Assembly: GCF_038025025.1 (NCBI RefSeq)
Contig: NW_027117353.1
Span: forward strand, 620,001 to 684,000
Source: Phyllosticta citribraziliensis
Lineage: Eukaryota
Direction of reading: 5' to 3'
Length of the DNA stretch: 64,000 nucleotides
Shown: positions 38,900 through 51,382 of the stretch, one piece after another
Layout of the letters: each line of letters begins with the position of its first letter
How positions within the stretch are numbered: position 1 is the stretch's first letter
Program-made: the position numbers and the translations under genes
The notes under the pieces: generated by a model
Told to the model about the DNA's origin: nothing
Database searches by the model: none
The model's input: only the letters and a program-made list of their open reading frames with translations

Positions 38900-39645
38900 T
38901 TTTGAGCGTCGTTACAGCGAGATCATGGCCCAGAGTGTGGAGGAGAAGAGTTGGCCGCAGCGAAGGGGCACTCAGGCCTTCAGGATGCCATGGGGTGGTT
39001 CCGTTGTCTGAGGAAGCCAAAGGTGGCCCGAGGAGCAGAGGGACGATGGCCGCGCGTGCGAGGGAGATGACCGGAGTTGGTGGGGCCCCTTGGTGAGGTC
39101 ATTTCCTTCGAACCCTTTCCCGCGGCCAACACAACGCCTCGCCTCACCACCAACATCGACATCAACAATTCCCCATCGACAAGTCGACCGCGCCAACAGA
39201 ATTTCCGTCTTCCCTGCTGTCCGCACCGCCCGAAGCTGCTGTGGAATCAGCTTGGCTGCATTCACCCTTGCCGACAGGTGCTCGTTGATTGGCTTGCAGA
39301 TTGCAATGTAGATCTGTCCCAGCGGTGCTTCCTTGCGTCCGAGGAATCAACCATATTATTTTGCTTGAATCAGTCCTTCAACAAGTCACGGGCCACCATC
39401 ATCGAGGCCATTCTCGCTCAAACATCACCAGCCTCTTTTAACCACCACGAGAAGGCTTATCCGCCAACATCTGCCTGTGCTTTTACCCATCCGCTGGCAG
39501 CTGGACGCAATAGCTGCTTACCTCGGCACAATGATTCTTCAGGCCGAGAAAAGTATAAAAAAGGCAAGAAAACCAAGAGCCGAAGGCCAAGAGTTACTAT
39601 GAGATGCTTCCCACGATAACATTACAAGCTTACCAGCAGGCTTGA

Positions 39646-42600
39646 TTACTCGGCGCCTGTGGACTCGTCGTTCACGGAACTGGAGTTCAGTGCAATCTCA
39701 TCAGACCCTACTCTCTCGTGGTCTAGTGACACCGTTGTCTTTTGGACGACGAGTTTCCCGCGCGCTAATTCCTGTTTGTTTAGTCTCAGTCCATTCCCTT
39801 TCATCATCCGCCGTTTTGCTGGTGGGTAGAAAATCTGGGCCACATCCGTCGGACTGAGAGGATGTTCGGCTTCGTTGTCTGAATCAGATTCTCCCTCCGA
39901 AAGCCTTTGAAGCTCCCTGGCTGTCTTGCCACCGTGTGCCTTCAGGAGATTCTCGGCCCTGCATTTTCTGATCGATTCCGATAAAGAAAAAGTGTCATAA
40001 TTGCCCAGTACATGCATCTCCAATTCGTCAACTAGGGTCATTTTTGTACCCACGAAGACATTGGGATCGGCTTTGTACTCAAGTAGAATTTGGCTCATCT
40101 CGAGACCAACTTCTTGAACAGCTACCTGTAGAGGCAACTTCCCGTCCAGATCTCGAATACAGGGATTCCAACCTGCTTCTAAGAGCGACCTCGCTAGCTT
40201 GAGATCGTTCTTGTCGACAGCATCAATGAGGGCGCCTGAAGCATAGCGCAGAGCTAGCGGGTTATTGGCGCTAGCATCAATTAGAAGCGGGAGAACTGCA
40301 CCTTGGACGTAAGCTTGAAATTGCTCGTGACTGAGCCAAGAAAAGGGTGATAATGGTGGCCTCACTTGCATCTTGAATGAGAGGAACGGCTGCCCAAACG
40401 GTGTTCCCGTGACAGTCTTTCAAATCTAGGCGTGCATTTTTGCTCAGCAGTAGCTGCACCATGGGTTTCGAGTTTCTGTACAAAGCTCGGTGCAATGCCG
40501 TCTGAGAACTCCTAAAGTCCTGCCAATCCACATTAATGCCATGATCCAAAAGTTCTTTCACCGCTTGGGTGTGGCCACTCTCAACACAGAGAAAGAATGA
40601 GGTCTGGATCAGATATGCCCTCGTGCTCAAACTGGTCCAACCCATATTCTCTAGATCTCTGGGGAAGAGTATGAAACGGTTTCGGCGGAGGAGGCTTGCA
40701 ATTGCACCAAAGTCGCCTCCGGCTGAGGCGTGAAGAAGGTGAATGTGGTCACTGATTGAGGTTGGGTTGACGCGTCCAAAGTGGTGCGGTGGAAACCGCG
40801 AAGAATAGGCAGCCCTTGACGACCAACCAATGGCCATTGCGGATTTGGACTTGGACCCCGGGCTTTGGATTGTCTTTCGTTTCTCCAGGTCTGTGAATAT
40901 AGCGGCCACGACTTGATTAACTTCCTCCAAGCAGCCCTTTCTCGCAGCGTCAAGCAAGAGTGCGTGACCACGCTGGGTTGTCAGGTTGACTATGTCTGCC
41001 AAGCCAAGAACAGCCTTTATGACATCTGAACAGCCATTCTCTATCGCAACTTCCAGCCCGTGCTCCACTTTCGATTTGACATGATCTGGTGTACTGGACC
41101 TGAGGTAATGCTCAAAAAGCCTTGAACTCCCGATCAGGGCGGCGTGATCAGTCTCCCATGTCGATACATTTTTCTCGAAGTCTTTGAGCAAATTTTTATG
41201 AAAGAGTCGACTTCCCTCATTTCGAAGTAGAAGGTTGATTTGATCCTCTACGACCAGACGATTGTTATTGTTGAGGATCGACCGAAAATGATCACTCAGA
41301 AACTTCCCCGCGTATCCACTGAATGGATACAAAAGGTATTTTAGTCGAGAGTGGAGCCGCTTCAGAACGCCTTGACCGTTGAAATAGACATTCTCACCCG
41401 GCTGCAATCTGTAGCAGAAACCGTCGGCGAAACCTTTTCTGACACGCGCGAGACCCACATGGCGGCCTTTGTCCTTTTCTTGGTTGAGGTACTTTTCAAG
41501 CCTGATGTATTCTTGGAGTTCCCCTTCGTATTGCAGGTCTTCAAGGCGGGAACTGGTGTAGAAGCCTTCGGGATCAAACATCTCGTCATGGCTTGTTGTA
41601 TCCTCAGAATCCGGCGTATCGTCACAGTCGGCAAGACGTGGGATGCAAAGATACTTTGCACAGGCTAGCGAAATTCTTGCGTGGAAGTCCGGAAAGAGTG
41701 TCTCCTTCTTCGAGACAAAGAATTCTTGAGTAGAGTAATGGATTAGTCTGAAGGATAAATCGCTGTCGGTCTCCACCAGGCCACAGCACAGGGCCAGGAT
41801 ATCGTCCTTTGAGATTAAGCTGCTGTAGCTGAAAGAAGGGTCGCCAGATTCGAGGAAGTCATTGGTTCCTCCTGTCAAAAGCGCATGTCGAAGTTCGTCG
41901 ACCTCGAGTGGCCTGTATGCGTGAACTATCCAGCCGATGATCGTCATGGCGCGTTGCCGCTTAGTCATACTTTCCTTCTCGATTCGATCCAAAGTAGCTT
42001 CATACATGGAGTTTCGACTCCTTGGAAGTTTTCTGAGCGTATTTCGAACTTCATCAGAGTTGACACACTCCGAGAGGGCATTAATATGGAGGCGGGCCAG
42101 CAAGAATCTATTGGTTCAGTGGATCAGCATGCGTTCATGCCAAAGCTACAGTTGAGCGTGATTCGGGCGGACTGGTTTGGAGCGGTCCGGGGTACACCAG
42201 AGGACTATCGACGAGCCGCGGATTGTTCAGACATAGTGTTCATCGCGCTCATCAGGTTGATGGAACTCAAAGGGTCTTGATACTTACATTCCATCGGCCT
42301 TTTCTAGCACTTCACGAGGAATCTCTTCCCTCAGTTTCTTGTCTCGATCCACGAGACACTTTAAAGGTGAGCCTTCCACGCCCATTTGATCGTCGATGTA
42401 GACATGAATGTCTTTTTGATGGGCAGCAATGTCGACTGTCTCGAATTCTCCCAGTGCTTTGTACCTGGAGGTAACCAGAAGGCTGACGTTCGGAAGCCCT
42501 CGCAAATGATTCAGGAGAATGTGACGTTGACTGGCATCGAACTCGTCCAAGGCGTCAACAACCACGAAGGTAGTGTCGGTTACAAGACGGGAGAGGAGCT

Positions 42601-43360
42601 CTTCAACTTGAGGCAATGCCGGAGGAGCTGAAAACGGCTTTACTTTCTTCATTTCGTCGTTCCAAGCGCTTTGGATGAAGGGTGGCAACGGAAGAGAATC
42701 GATCAGCTGGCCAATAAGTTGACCTGCGAGATTTCCAAGCAAGTCCTGGACTGAAGGGTCCTCTTTGTACGATAGGTACAAATATGCAACTTGTCGGCCG
42801 GCTTTGCCATTTATCTCGGCGATGGCAGTGGAACTGTGCAAAAGTCAGGGTCTGAGGATAGTCATACGCAAAGAGGTGTAAACTCACGAAAGGAAAGACT
42901 TTCCAGCACCAGCTAAAATGCAACGGACTCCATTAGTACATATCCTGAGGTGGCAACGGTGGATATACCTTTCCCGGAGACCCAGAGATATCGTGATTTC
43001 TTGTCCCTCCATGATGTGAACTGTTTTGATTCGAGAAACCACTGTCCTGTGCCCTGGACGACTTTGGAGCGAATCTCTCCCCACACTTTCGAGGAGTCGC
43101 GTGGGGAAATCCATTCCATGAGCTCGCGGCACTTATCAGTTTCTGACTTGAACGATGCGCCCGCCACTGTTGAGATTAGACATGTAGTATCTTAACATCC
43201 TCGGGTATCACTTACGGACAGTCTGGTTTGCTTTTGAGGTTCAGTCAGAAGTGCTCTGTTCTTCAGTACTAGATCCCAGCTTACCGATGATATCTCCCCT
43301 ATGATGTCCGATCGTGGGGCCCGCGTTCGAGTACTGATTGATCGTGTAATTTTCACCCAT
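39646..43360 (-). CDS. NACHT-ankyrin NLR (NLR-3) with a short N-terminal PP-like motif
   Basis: Inferred exons 43360-43285, 43230-43216 (15 nt), 43166-. LMEWISPR...GTGQWFL...LWVSGK|AGAGKS; FVVVDALDE; ADGM|FLLARLHINAL; ankyrins TALHRAL, LPLQVAV. Confidence 0.87.
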
Positions 43361-44357
43361 TCTCAGAAGGTTGTGTGTACGCCCACGCGGCGGGCGCCCT
43401 TACAAGCACTCGCCAGTCCAAGGCTTGCGGCGAAGCGATGAAGAAGGTGCGCCAAAGCGCAAAGGCTGAGCTCGTCGTTCTCTTGCAAAGCAATACAGCA
43501 GTGTCTAGACTTTCATGGCAGGCCACGATGAATGCGGGGTGTTGAGATTCAGTCTGCTGACTGCTTGAGCGAGATGTGCCCGGAGATTGCAATGCCCGTT
43601 GGGGTCGATTGTGTCGAGTGGAGAAAAGTGGACGTGGACGGCTTCGATTTGCTCTGGCACGTGGGCGTCGAAGTCCTGCAAGTGGAGATATCCATCAGCT
43701 GTAGAAGGGGTATCTCCGAGCCGCTGTTGAGAGGACTGGGCGAGCGAGACTCACACGTCTTGTGTTGAGATGCCATCGACGAAGTGGAAAAGTTGTGTGG
43801 GTTGCAAGAAGCAGAGACGAAGGACAGTTGTGTGGTGTGGGTCGATCGGACGGACCCGCTCGTGGTCCGCTGCTTCTGGTTTTAGCCACGCATCCCAATC
43901 TGTTGTTCTGACTACTTCCATCTTCTCCTGTATCTGTCTCACAAAGGCCGATCTGTGTTTGATACCGTTGAACTCCTCTAGTAACGAAGCATCTTCGCTG
44001 TGCTGTGCATATTCACACCGCTGCGACCGCCGCGATTCGCAATCGTACCCACAGCTCCACACATGTGGGGAGACCCTGGAGTTGTTTGATTCCGATGCCG
44101 ATGAGGCTTCACTGCTTTTCACAAGATCGTCGTGGTTCGATGCAAGGCACAGAATGTCAAATCCACAGGGTAAGGTAGGTAGTTGATAAAGTCCAGATTC
44201 TGTCGCTACCGCGCCGCGCCGTTCATACGCCATTCGTCCATACATCAATCCATCCGGCCAGCCGTCAAAGGTTCAATCGCCCCAAGACATGACACAAAAC
44301 GCCAGGCGCCTTTACGGTCCCATGTACGCCGTCTGCACATTATTCACCTAGACAACC

Positions 44358-45953
44358 TCATGTCCCAGCAGCTGCATCCGCCTCCTTCCCGGTTTCTTTT
44401 GTCAAGTAGTCCGCCTGCTCAGCGTCCTCGTATTCAGCGATGAGATCTTGAACGACGGCCTTTGCCTCATCAAACTCGTTCAGCCCATCGGCAAAGGGTG
44501 CCTCACGCCTGTATTGCTCGAGGAAGGCATTGCGCTTGCGCAGACGATCATACTGGCCGACAATGCGCTTGAAGAGCGTAGCGACGCCCGTATGGTTGGC
44601 GAGCATAAGTCCCGACACGCGGTGCGACGACTGCACATAGGGCGACTTGCGCGTCAGCGCCACTTGGATCGAGGCTGGGCCCCAGGGAATGAAGGTTGCA
44701 AGGCGGCGCTCGCGGATGCGGAGGAGCGACTTGTGGACATCCGAGGGATCGGCTTCGCCCTGGATGATGTTGAGGATCGAGATGTAGCACGAAGACTTGC
44801 TGGGGTTGATTGAGACCATGCGGTTCTTGGGTTGCAGGAGACGCCGCATCACCTCGAGGACGGTCGTCTTCCGTACCGCCTTGGCTTGCTCGACTTGGTC
44901 GCCGGTGAAGGGTGTGTAAGATGTTGTGAGGAAGTGGCAGCGCGGAGTGGGTATCAATGAGGCGACGATGCCGACGAGGTCGTTGTGCATGTAGCCGGGG
45001 TAGCGCAGAGTTGTGGTCGAGGCGGACATGACGGTGCTGACAAGCTGGTTGGTCTGCTGGAACGAAGGCTCCTGGACGTGCAGCGTATTCGACGCAATGT
45101 GCGAGAGGGCGCCATTGTCCAGTACGACGACCGAATCTGCGTTTTGTGCGAGGCGGCGCATGGCCAGCAAGCTGTTGTATGGCTGCACAACGACGTCGCT
45201 CTTTTCCGGGAAGACCGAGTATGTCTGGATCAACTTCTTGGGAAATCGATCATTCAACCTCTCGAGCAAGAAACTTCCCAGACCAGACCCGGTACCACCC
45301 GCAATCGAATGAAGCAGCATGAAGCCTTCGAGAGAGTCGCTGCCGTCGGCCTCGCGGTCAATCATGTCCATGACCTCCTCATGCACCGACTCGCCCATGG
45401 CATATCCTGCCGCCCAATTGTTGCCGGCACCAGTGCCATCTTTGTGGACGTAAAAGTTCTCGGGGTTGTAAATGTTCCGGTACGGGCTGGTCTGGATGCT
45501 GTTGATGACCTGCTGGAGTCAGCAATCGATCCCAGGAGATGCAAACGCGCAAGTTGACGTACACGAGGCTCGAGGTCCATGAGGATGGCGCGGGGAATGT
45601 AGCGAGTATCGTCGGACTAGTCATGTTAGACTGGATCGCATCGAGTGCGCAGGGCGGGAGGTCGTGCCTGGTAGAAGAAGACGTCTTTCCTGTCGCCGCC
45701 TTCTGTCGCAAAGTCTTCTAGATTTCCATCCTGATTGATGCCGTGCTCCTGGCACAACTGCTGCCAGAATTGGCTGCCCACTGTGCAGTCAACCGTCAGC
45801 TTGGTCGCAAGGTCGTCGGGAGCGGTCAAGCTCGGAGAGATCAAGGCACGCACCGCTGTTGCCGCACTGGCCAGCCTGAAGAGTGATGATTTCCCTGGAG
45901 AGCGGTCAGTAGCTGCTTCGAGCTTCTGAGGGACAAGAGGCGTACCTAGGCAT
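44358..45953 (-). CDS. mipA: Gamma-tubulin (multi-exon)
   Basis: [73 protein letters not shown]. Confidence 0.98.
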
Positions 45954-46629
45954 GGTGACTGTGGTGGCTCGGGTTGGTGGGGTTCGCAATGGAGAGACGC
46001 GTAGCGGGCAGAGGTGTCGCGTCGAAGTCGTTGCCGCAACACTCCAACGACGTCAAACGAAGCAGCCAATCGCGTCCGCTCCAGCTCCAACCACCTCCCA
46101 TCACTCCCGTCTCGCTCTTCTATTCCTCAACCACAACATCCCCGCTGATGCCCTGCGCACGCTTTTCCAATGTCCAACAACTCTGTCCACCTGATTGACC
46201 GCGGCGATGGTATACTGGCCTGGCCGACACCAAAAGAGATGGATGACTTCGTCAGAGGCTACGTCTACACCAAAGAAGTCCTAGACGCCATCATCAGACT
46301 GTTTCGTCGAGTAAGGCGTCAGCCTCTTCTCCTCATTGGTCCAATTGCAAACATCAAACATCTCTCCTGAGCGTCATTACTCCAAAACCCGCCACGGCCC
46401 GCGCAAGCATCCAGCTGCTCACTCGGAATTCACCATGGGTTTTCGTCACGATTGCTCATCATGACATTCGCAAAGAATGAATGCTCTCGGGGAACAGGAA
46501 AGGGAGCGCCTTCATCACAAACACGTCCAAGAGCTCTAAACAAGTCTGATCGGAAACAAGCATTGAAGAAGCGCATTCAATCAAACCCACGGTTGTCCCG
46601 ACCTCACTCTCCCAAATCACCCCATCCGT

Positions 46630-47436
46630 CTAAATTTTGGCCTTTCCACCACCCAGTCCGGGCGCCCACCCTCTGACCTCACGGCCACTCTTGTACGAAA
46701 TAAGCCGAAACGCCCTCGTCGCCTCTCCCCACAGCTCCTCCCTCAACAGCGCGTAAACACCCATACGCGCCTTATCCGCCACGGACATGGCCAGCTCCAC
46801 GCCCTCATCAAACAGCTTGTCAGGCTCAACAGCGCGATCCACGATACCGTTAATAAGCGCCTCCGGACCCGTCCACCGGCGTGCCTCGAGCAGCGTAGCG
46901 CGAGCGACGTTCGGCGCCAACTTCGCGCGCAGCAGGGTGCCGAGGCCGTCGAAATGCAGCCCCAGCTCGACGGGCGGCATGCACATGTACCCGCGCCGGA
47001 CATTCATGACGCGATAGTCGTGAGCCAGAACAATGGGCACGCCAGCGCCGAAGGCGTGTCCGCTTATCAGCGCAATGGTCGGCACGCGCAGGTCCAGCAG
47101 CGTCGCCAGCAGCGGGAGAAAGCCGTCGGCCAGCACCGAATTGGAATGCAGCATGCTGGGACACAGGCCGTACGTGAAGAACTTGGGTGTCGACGACGTG
47201 GTTATGATGGCGCCAGGGGCAAAAGGCGCGGGGCCGCTGCTGGCGCTGTTGACGATGAGCGCTTCGACATGGCGATACGCTCGCACCCAGTCCTGCGCGA
47301 CAGACAGCGTGATGCGGTTTTCGGGGGGCGCATGCAAGTCGACGACGTAGATGTTCTTGCCCGCCGCCAATTTGGCAGCGCGCGAGATGGAGAAGTGCGG
47401 CGAGTCGAACGGGACAGCGAGCGATTCGTCGGCCAT
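46630..47436 (-). CDS. Enoyl-CoA hydratase/isomerase (crotonase) family, probably a peroxisomal delta3,delta2-enoyl-CoA isomerase
   Basis: PENRIT; PTIALISGHAFGAG; AHDYRVMNVRRGYMCMPPVELG; C-terminal PTS1-like AKI. Confidence 0.85.
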   Translation of the reverse strand: MADESLAVPFDSPHFSISRAAKLAAGKNIYVVDLHAPPENRITLSVAQDWVRAYRHVEALIVNSASSGPAPFAPGAIITTSSTPKFFTYGLCPSMLHSNSVLADGFLPLLATLLDLRVPTIALISGHAFGAGVPIVLAHDYRVMNVRRGYMCMPPVELGLHFDGLGTLLRAKLAPNVARATLLEARRWTGPEALINGIVDRAVEPDKLFDEGVELAMSVADKARMGVYALLREELWGEATRAFRLISYKSGREVRGWAPGLGGGKAKI

Positions 47437-47790
47437 TGCGTCTTTCTCCAGTCCGGACCACTGTCTTCCTCTTGTGGACGATACCGGCAGTGACGCTACC
47501 CAAGGGCTTGTTCTCGGTCAATATATTTGCTTGTACGGGCACTCAATGATCGCCAGCTCCGCACGTGAACGGCGTACATAGAAGCTCTGACGCTGCAATC
47601 GCTTTTGGTTTACAGTACATGTCCCCACATTACATCGATAGATAGCGGAGAGCCTCCCCGCATCCTCGGCACACCTCGCCTGCTGCTGCAGTCCGGGGCC
47701 CCGCAATACCGACCATCTTCAAATCCCACAATCCCACTCTTCCATCTGGCGCGCGCCCTATCTTCGCACCACCCGAGTACAACCAGGCGG

Positions 47791-48473
47791 TCAGGGGAGC
47801 GCCCAAAGCGGGCCATCCAATCCGACGTCGCCGAGCAGCTTCTGGTTGCGTTCGCGCGTGTAGGGCTGGAAGTCAGGATTGATGCGGTCGCCATGCTAAG
47901 GGCCGGCGAGCTTCCACACAGCCCTGGCCGGAGAAATGTAGCCAGTGCTGGAAGCGTGGTCTCGCGTCCACCACTCGGCGTGCTCTCTATCGCAAAACAT
48001 GCGTATCAAGGTACACGTACCAACGACACCACTCCATCACTCGGCCGCGGGTCGCGGGAAGCGCACCGCCAGCTGCTCTGGAGGCGGCGTGGCCGGTCCC
48101 GTCTCGACGCTGATGTGCGCGGCGACGCAGAAGAGGCAGGCCGTGTCGATGCGGACGTCGAGCTGCAGTGCCGCGCTGATGCCAAACGTGTCCCACGCGC
48201 AGCCGCCCCACCAGCAGCGGTCGTCACGGCCGTCCTGCGGCGTGAGGACGAAGGCCATTGGCGCGGCTGTGAACGGTGTGCAAAGCGTATTGCGTCGACT
48301 GTGGTGTTGAACACGAGCGAGTGGTCGGCGGCCAGCTCGTGGAGGATGCGTGTGGTTGATTCGACGTCTTGTCCGGTTTGTCGGGCCAGCGCTGCGATGT
48401 ACGGGGCGCGCCCTTTTGATGGCAGTGTGTCGTAGACGAGGTCTCGTACTCGTCGTGTGTCTGCCGTTCTCAT
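47791..48473 (-). pseudogene. merB: Disrupted organomercurial (alkylmercury) lyase MerB-like gene
   Basis: N-terminal wHTH-like region, then (after restoring 1 nt near 48276) AHPFTAAPMAF...WWGGCAWDTFGI...IDTAC...FPRPAAE*WSGVVGTCTLIRMFC...VWKLAGP*HGDRINPDF...GLDGPLWALP. One frameshift and two in-frame stops (48037-48039, 47896-47898), both at probable Trp codons. Confidence 0.8.
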
Positions 48474-50344
48474 GCTGGCTCCTTTTGCAGTCGAGCGAGT
48501 TGTGGGTTGCGGGTCTTGTGATTCGCCGTCGTCAAATGTCCAATCCGGATCCCCTTTGCAGAAGTCAATCCGGGAAAAACTCGTCTCTGGTGCGCATTTG
48601 ACACTTTATGCAGTCTCTTAGTGACTCGTTGCTGAAGAGATTATTTGACGTGATCGCCCATAACCGCGCAGGCAGTCTTGGAATCGTACCGGGGGAGCCC
48701 GATTCACGCGACGGACGTCGTGATTCCAGGCTACGCGTTTTTAGACGTTGAGCGGCAGGGCGCCGCGACTGCAAAGCACTTCGACAGTGACCATGGCGAT
48801 GATGTGGACAGTCGCTCTCAAGAGTTCAATCCAGACGGCAAGCTTTGCTATCTGCCAGGCATGGTTGCCCCACATCAATCGCGCGTGGAAGAGTGTCGCA
48901 TATGTGTGGTCGCACTAGTCAATCATCAAGAGTACTACCGCGGAATGAGGTGTAAAAGCGCCAATCGACCACCATTCCTCACCATTTTTCTACATGTATT
49001 TTCAATAGACCGACCTCATCCCGGCAATAAGGGCGTCGTACTATAGAAGTCAAAGGACGTGGCGGTGCACCCAAAAACCGTTGCCGACGGAGACGTACGG
49101 TGGAGATGAAGCGTCGCGGCGTCGAGCAAAAAGCATTCAAGCTCAGCAACAACCTATCCCGCCAAAGTCTCATTCGCCAGATTGTCCGTCTGCATCGGGC
49201 GGAAACCGGGAAGCGAAGAGACGGATAAGAGAAACTCAGGCCACGCCAACCTCGCGGCGTTTGTCGCGTTTGTGAGAAGTGGCAGTGATTAAATAGTCCG
49301 ATGGAGTTGATTCGTCTCTCAAAATGGACGGCTGGTCGGTGCCGCAGCTTCCAATAGTCACCGACCAACTTAGGTACGGTAGATTTTATCTGCCGGAGCA
49401 CTCGACGCAAAGATAGTGTTGTAGACTTGTAGTGGCGCGCCCGCCCACCTATCCGCCCGCGGCCCGCACGTGGTCACCCTGGTTCAGCCCAGCAGCCGGG
49501 GCAGGGCAGGGCAGTCCAGGTCTTTCCCCGTGGGGTCCGCGAGGGCGGCTGCGCGGTGTGGATGGTCCGTCTCATTACATGACCGGATGAGGCAACTGGC
49601 GTTTGGCGTTTTGCGTTTGGCGGCGCCAAGGGAGGGCGGTCGAGTCGAGGCGAGTCTGGCTAGGCTTGTCAGTCCGGGGATGAGTACCGATAGTCGGGTT
49701 TGTCGGCGTGTAGACAATCAGGACCGTGTGGAGTGTTCTTGATGATGCGGCCGCAGAGTCACGACGGTGGGGATGACACCAAGGAAATCTGGTTTTTCTA
49801 CTCGTTGCTGAAGTGACATGACTTGGATTCGGCCACTATGATATTGTGTCGTGACCGAGCGGTGTTGGGAATGACGTAGCGACCAGCCCATGCGGTCGTC
49901 ATACCGTGGCCATCGCAAGTGGCGTCGAATCGACGCTTCGCACCCAGATGCCAACCCAATCGGCATCACACGCAAACAACCATCACGACTGGTGGACGGT
50001 CTTTGATCCGTTTCGCTTCACACATGTCCCATCGCCGACTCTCGTCACAGCTGTGCGCACTGCAGTCACGCAGACCGCTTCGACAATGCGCGTCACAGCG
50101 TCATCTGCCGCTCGGACTTACTCCACGGGGACCCCAGGTCTGCGGGTTACGCTTTCCGATCCCTGCTATACGGCGTGGTACCCTTGTCGTCTCCGGCGCC
50201 AATCTCACACCCGGCTTTCTAAAATGGGCAGTAAAGTCTAAATAGAGACCCTGCATGATGTGGCCGAATCCGTCCCTCGGCTACCGCGGGTTGAGATGCG
50301 CGCGGGACGCGTCGCGCGCAACCAAGTGGGCTTTGTGCAGGCCA

Positions 50345-51382
50345 TCACGCATTTTGAAATGTGTCGTTAAGATAGTCGATAAACGTCTCGCGAACGCGCG
50401 CCTTGGACAGGTTGTGTTGCCGGTTGAGCGTGATGAACTGCCGCCGAATGCGCTGCAGCTGGGGCAGCGAGACGGACGAGGCTGGTAGCTCGACGACTTG
50501 TTCGGCGTCTGGGATTGATACCTCGCCGCCATCTTCGCCAGGGTGGTCCTTTTGCCAAGCGGTAATGTGAGAGACAATGTCGGAAGTCGTCTTATCCAAC
50601 TCGTACAGGTAGTTTTGCTCAGTCGCGGGTTTCTACAAGAATCAGCTTTGTGCGCAATATCGGCGGAGCGCATTCTTACCAGAACAGTAGCAGCATTGGG
50701 CCTTACAACTTTGGCCTTTCCATCGTTGCCGACCATGGCGTCCCAAATCTGGTCAAGCGACGGAGTCTCGTCATCGTGAGCCACAACGAAGAGCGGGCTA
50801 TCCCAGCGCGTCATGCCATTGGGCTCCTCATAGCGGAACACGAGGTTCTCAAAATCCTCTTCCAGGTATCCGCCATCCACGGCAGGGTCGTCGAGCAGCT
50901 TCTTGTTGATCTCGCGGCATTTTTCAACCGGTGTTCCTACGCGCAACTCTTGGACTATCAGCGGCGGTCGGCGCAAGCAGGTTGGAGTCGCGTACAACGC
51001 AGCTGGGGGTCTGGACGGCCTTGGCCTCGCAGTAGAGCTGGTAGCGGAAGCCCTTGATGTAGTTGAGGCCGTCGGCAATGACAATGTCGTCGCGCGTCAA
51101 GACTCGTTTGATGGCGGAAGATTCGGCGGCGCGAGCATCCTTCTCGGGGCGAGCGGAGTGGTAGACGTCGCGCGAGAGTCCGAGTGTTTGGTCGCTGATG
51201 TGGTGGAGCTTGAGACGAGAGATTTTGGGATCGGTAGAGTCTTTGATCTTTTGGGAGAAGAAGTCGACCAGCTGGTTTGCGCGGTGCGTCTTGCCGGACG
51301 AAGGGTAGCCGGAGATGATGATCAACTGTCGCGGTCAGTGTTGTCTCTGGCGGGAGGCAGTGAAAGGCAAAAGTACCGGCAT
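50345..51382 (-). CDS. KTI12: Elongator-associated KTI12 (P-loop, PSTK-like), 4 exons
   Basis: MP|LIIISGYPSSGKT; IADGLNYIKGFRYQLYCEAK; RYEEPNGMTRWDSPLF; SLPQLQRIRRQFITLN. Confidence 0.95.

Noticed and set aside
13050..44300. Transposon or Starship-type element explaining the NLR islands
   Set aside because: No transposase, tyrosine recombinase, LTR, TIR or target-site duplication identified
47896..48039. In-frame TGA/TAG in merB as selenocysteine/pyrrolysine recoding or RIP
   Set aside because: Both fall at probable Trp codons and there is also a frameshift; the region remains GC-rich without pervasive TpA enrichment
48500..50300. Short ORFs next to merB as further mer genes
   Set aside because: No MerA, MerR or transporter motifs recognised
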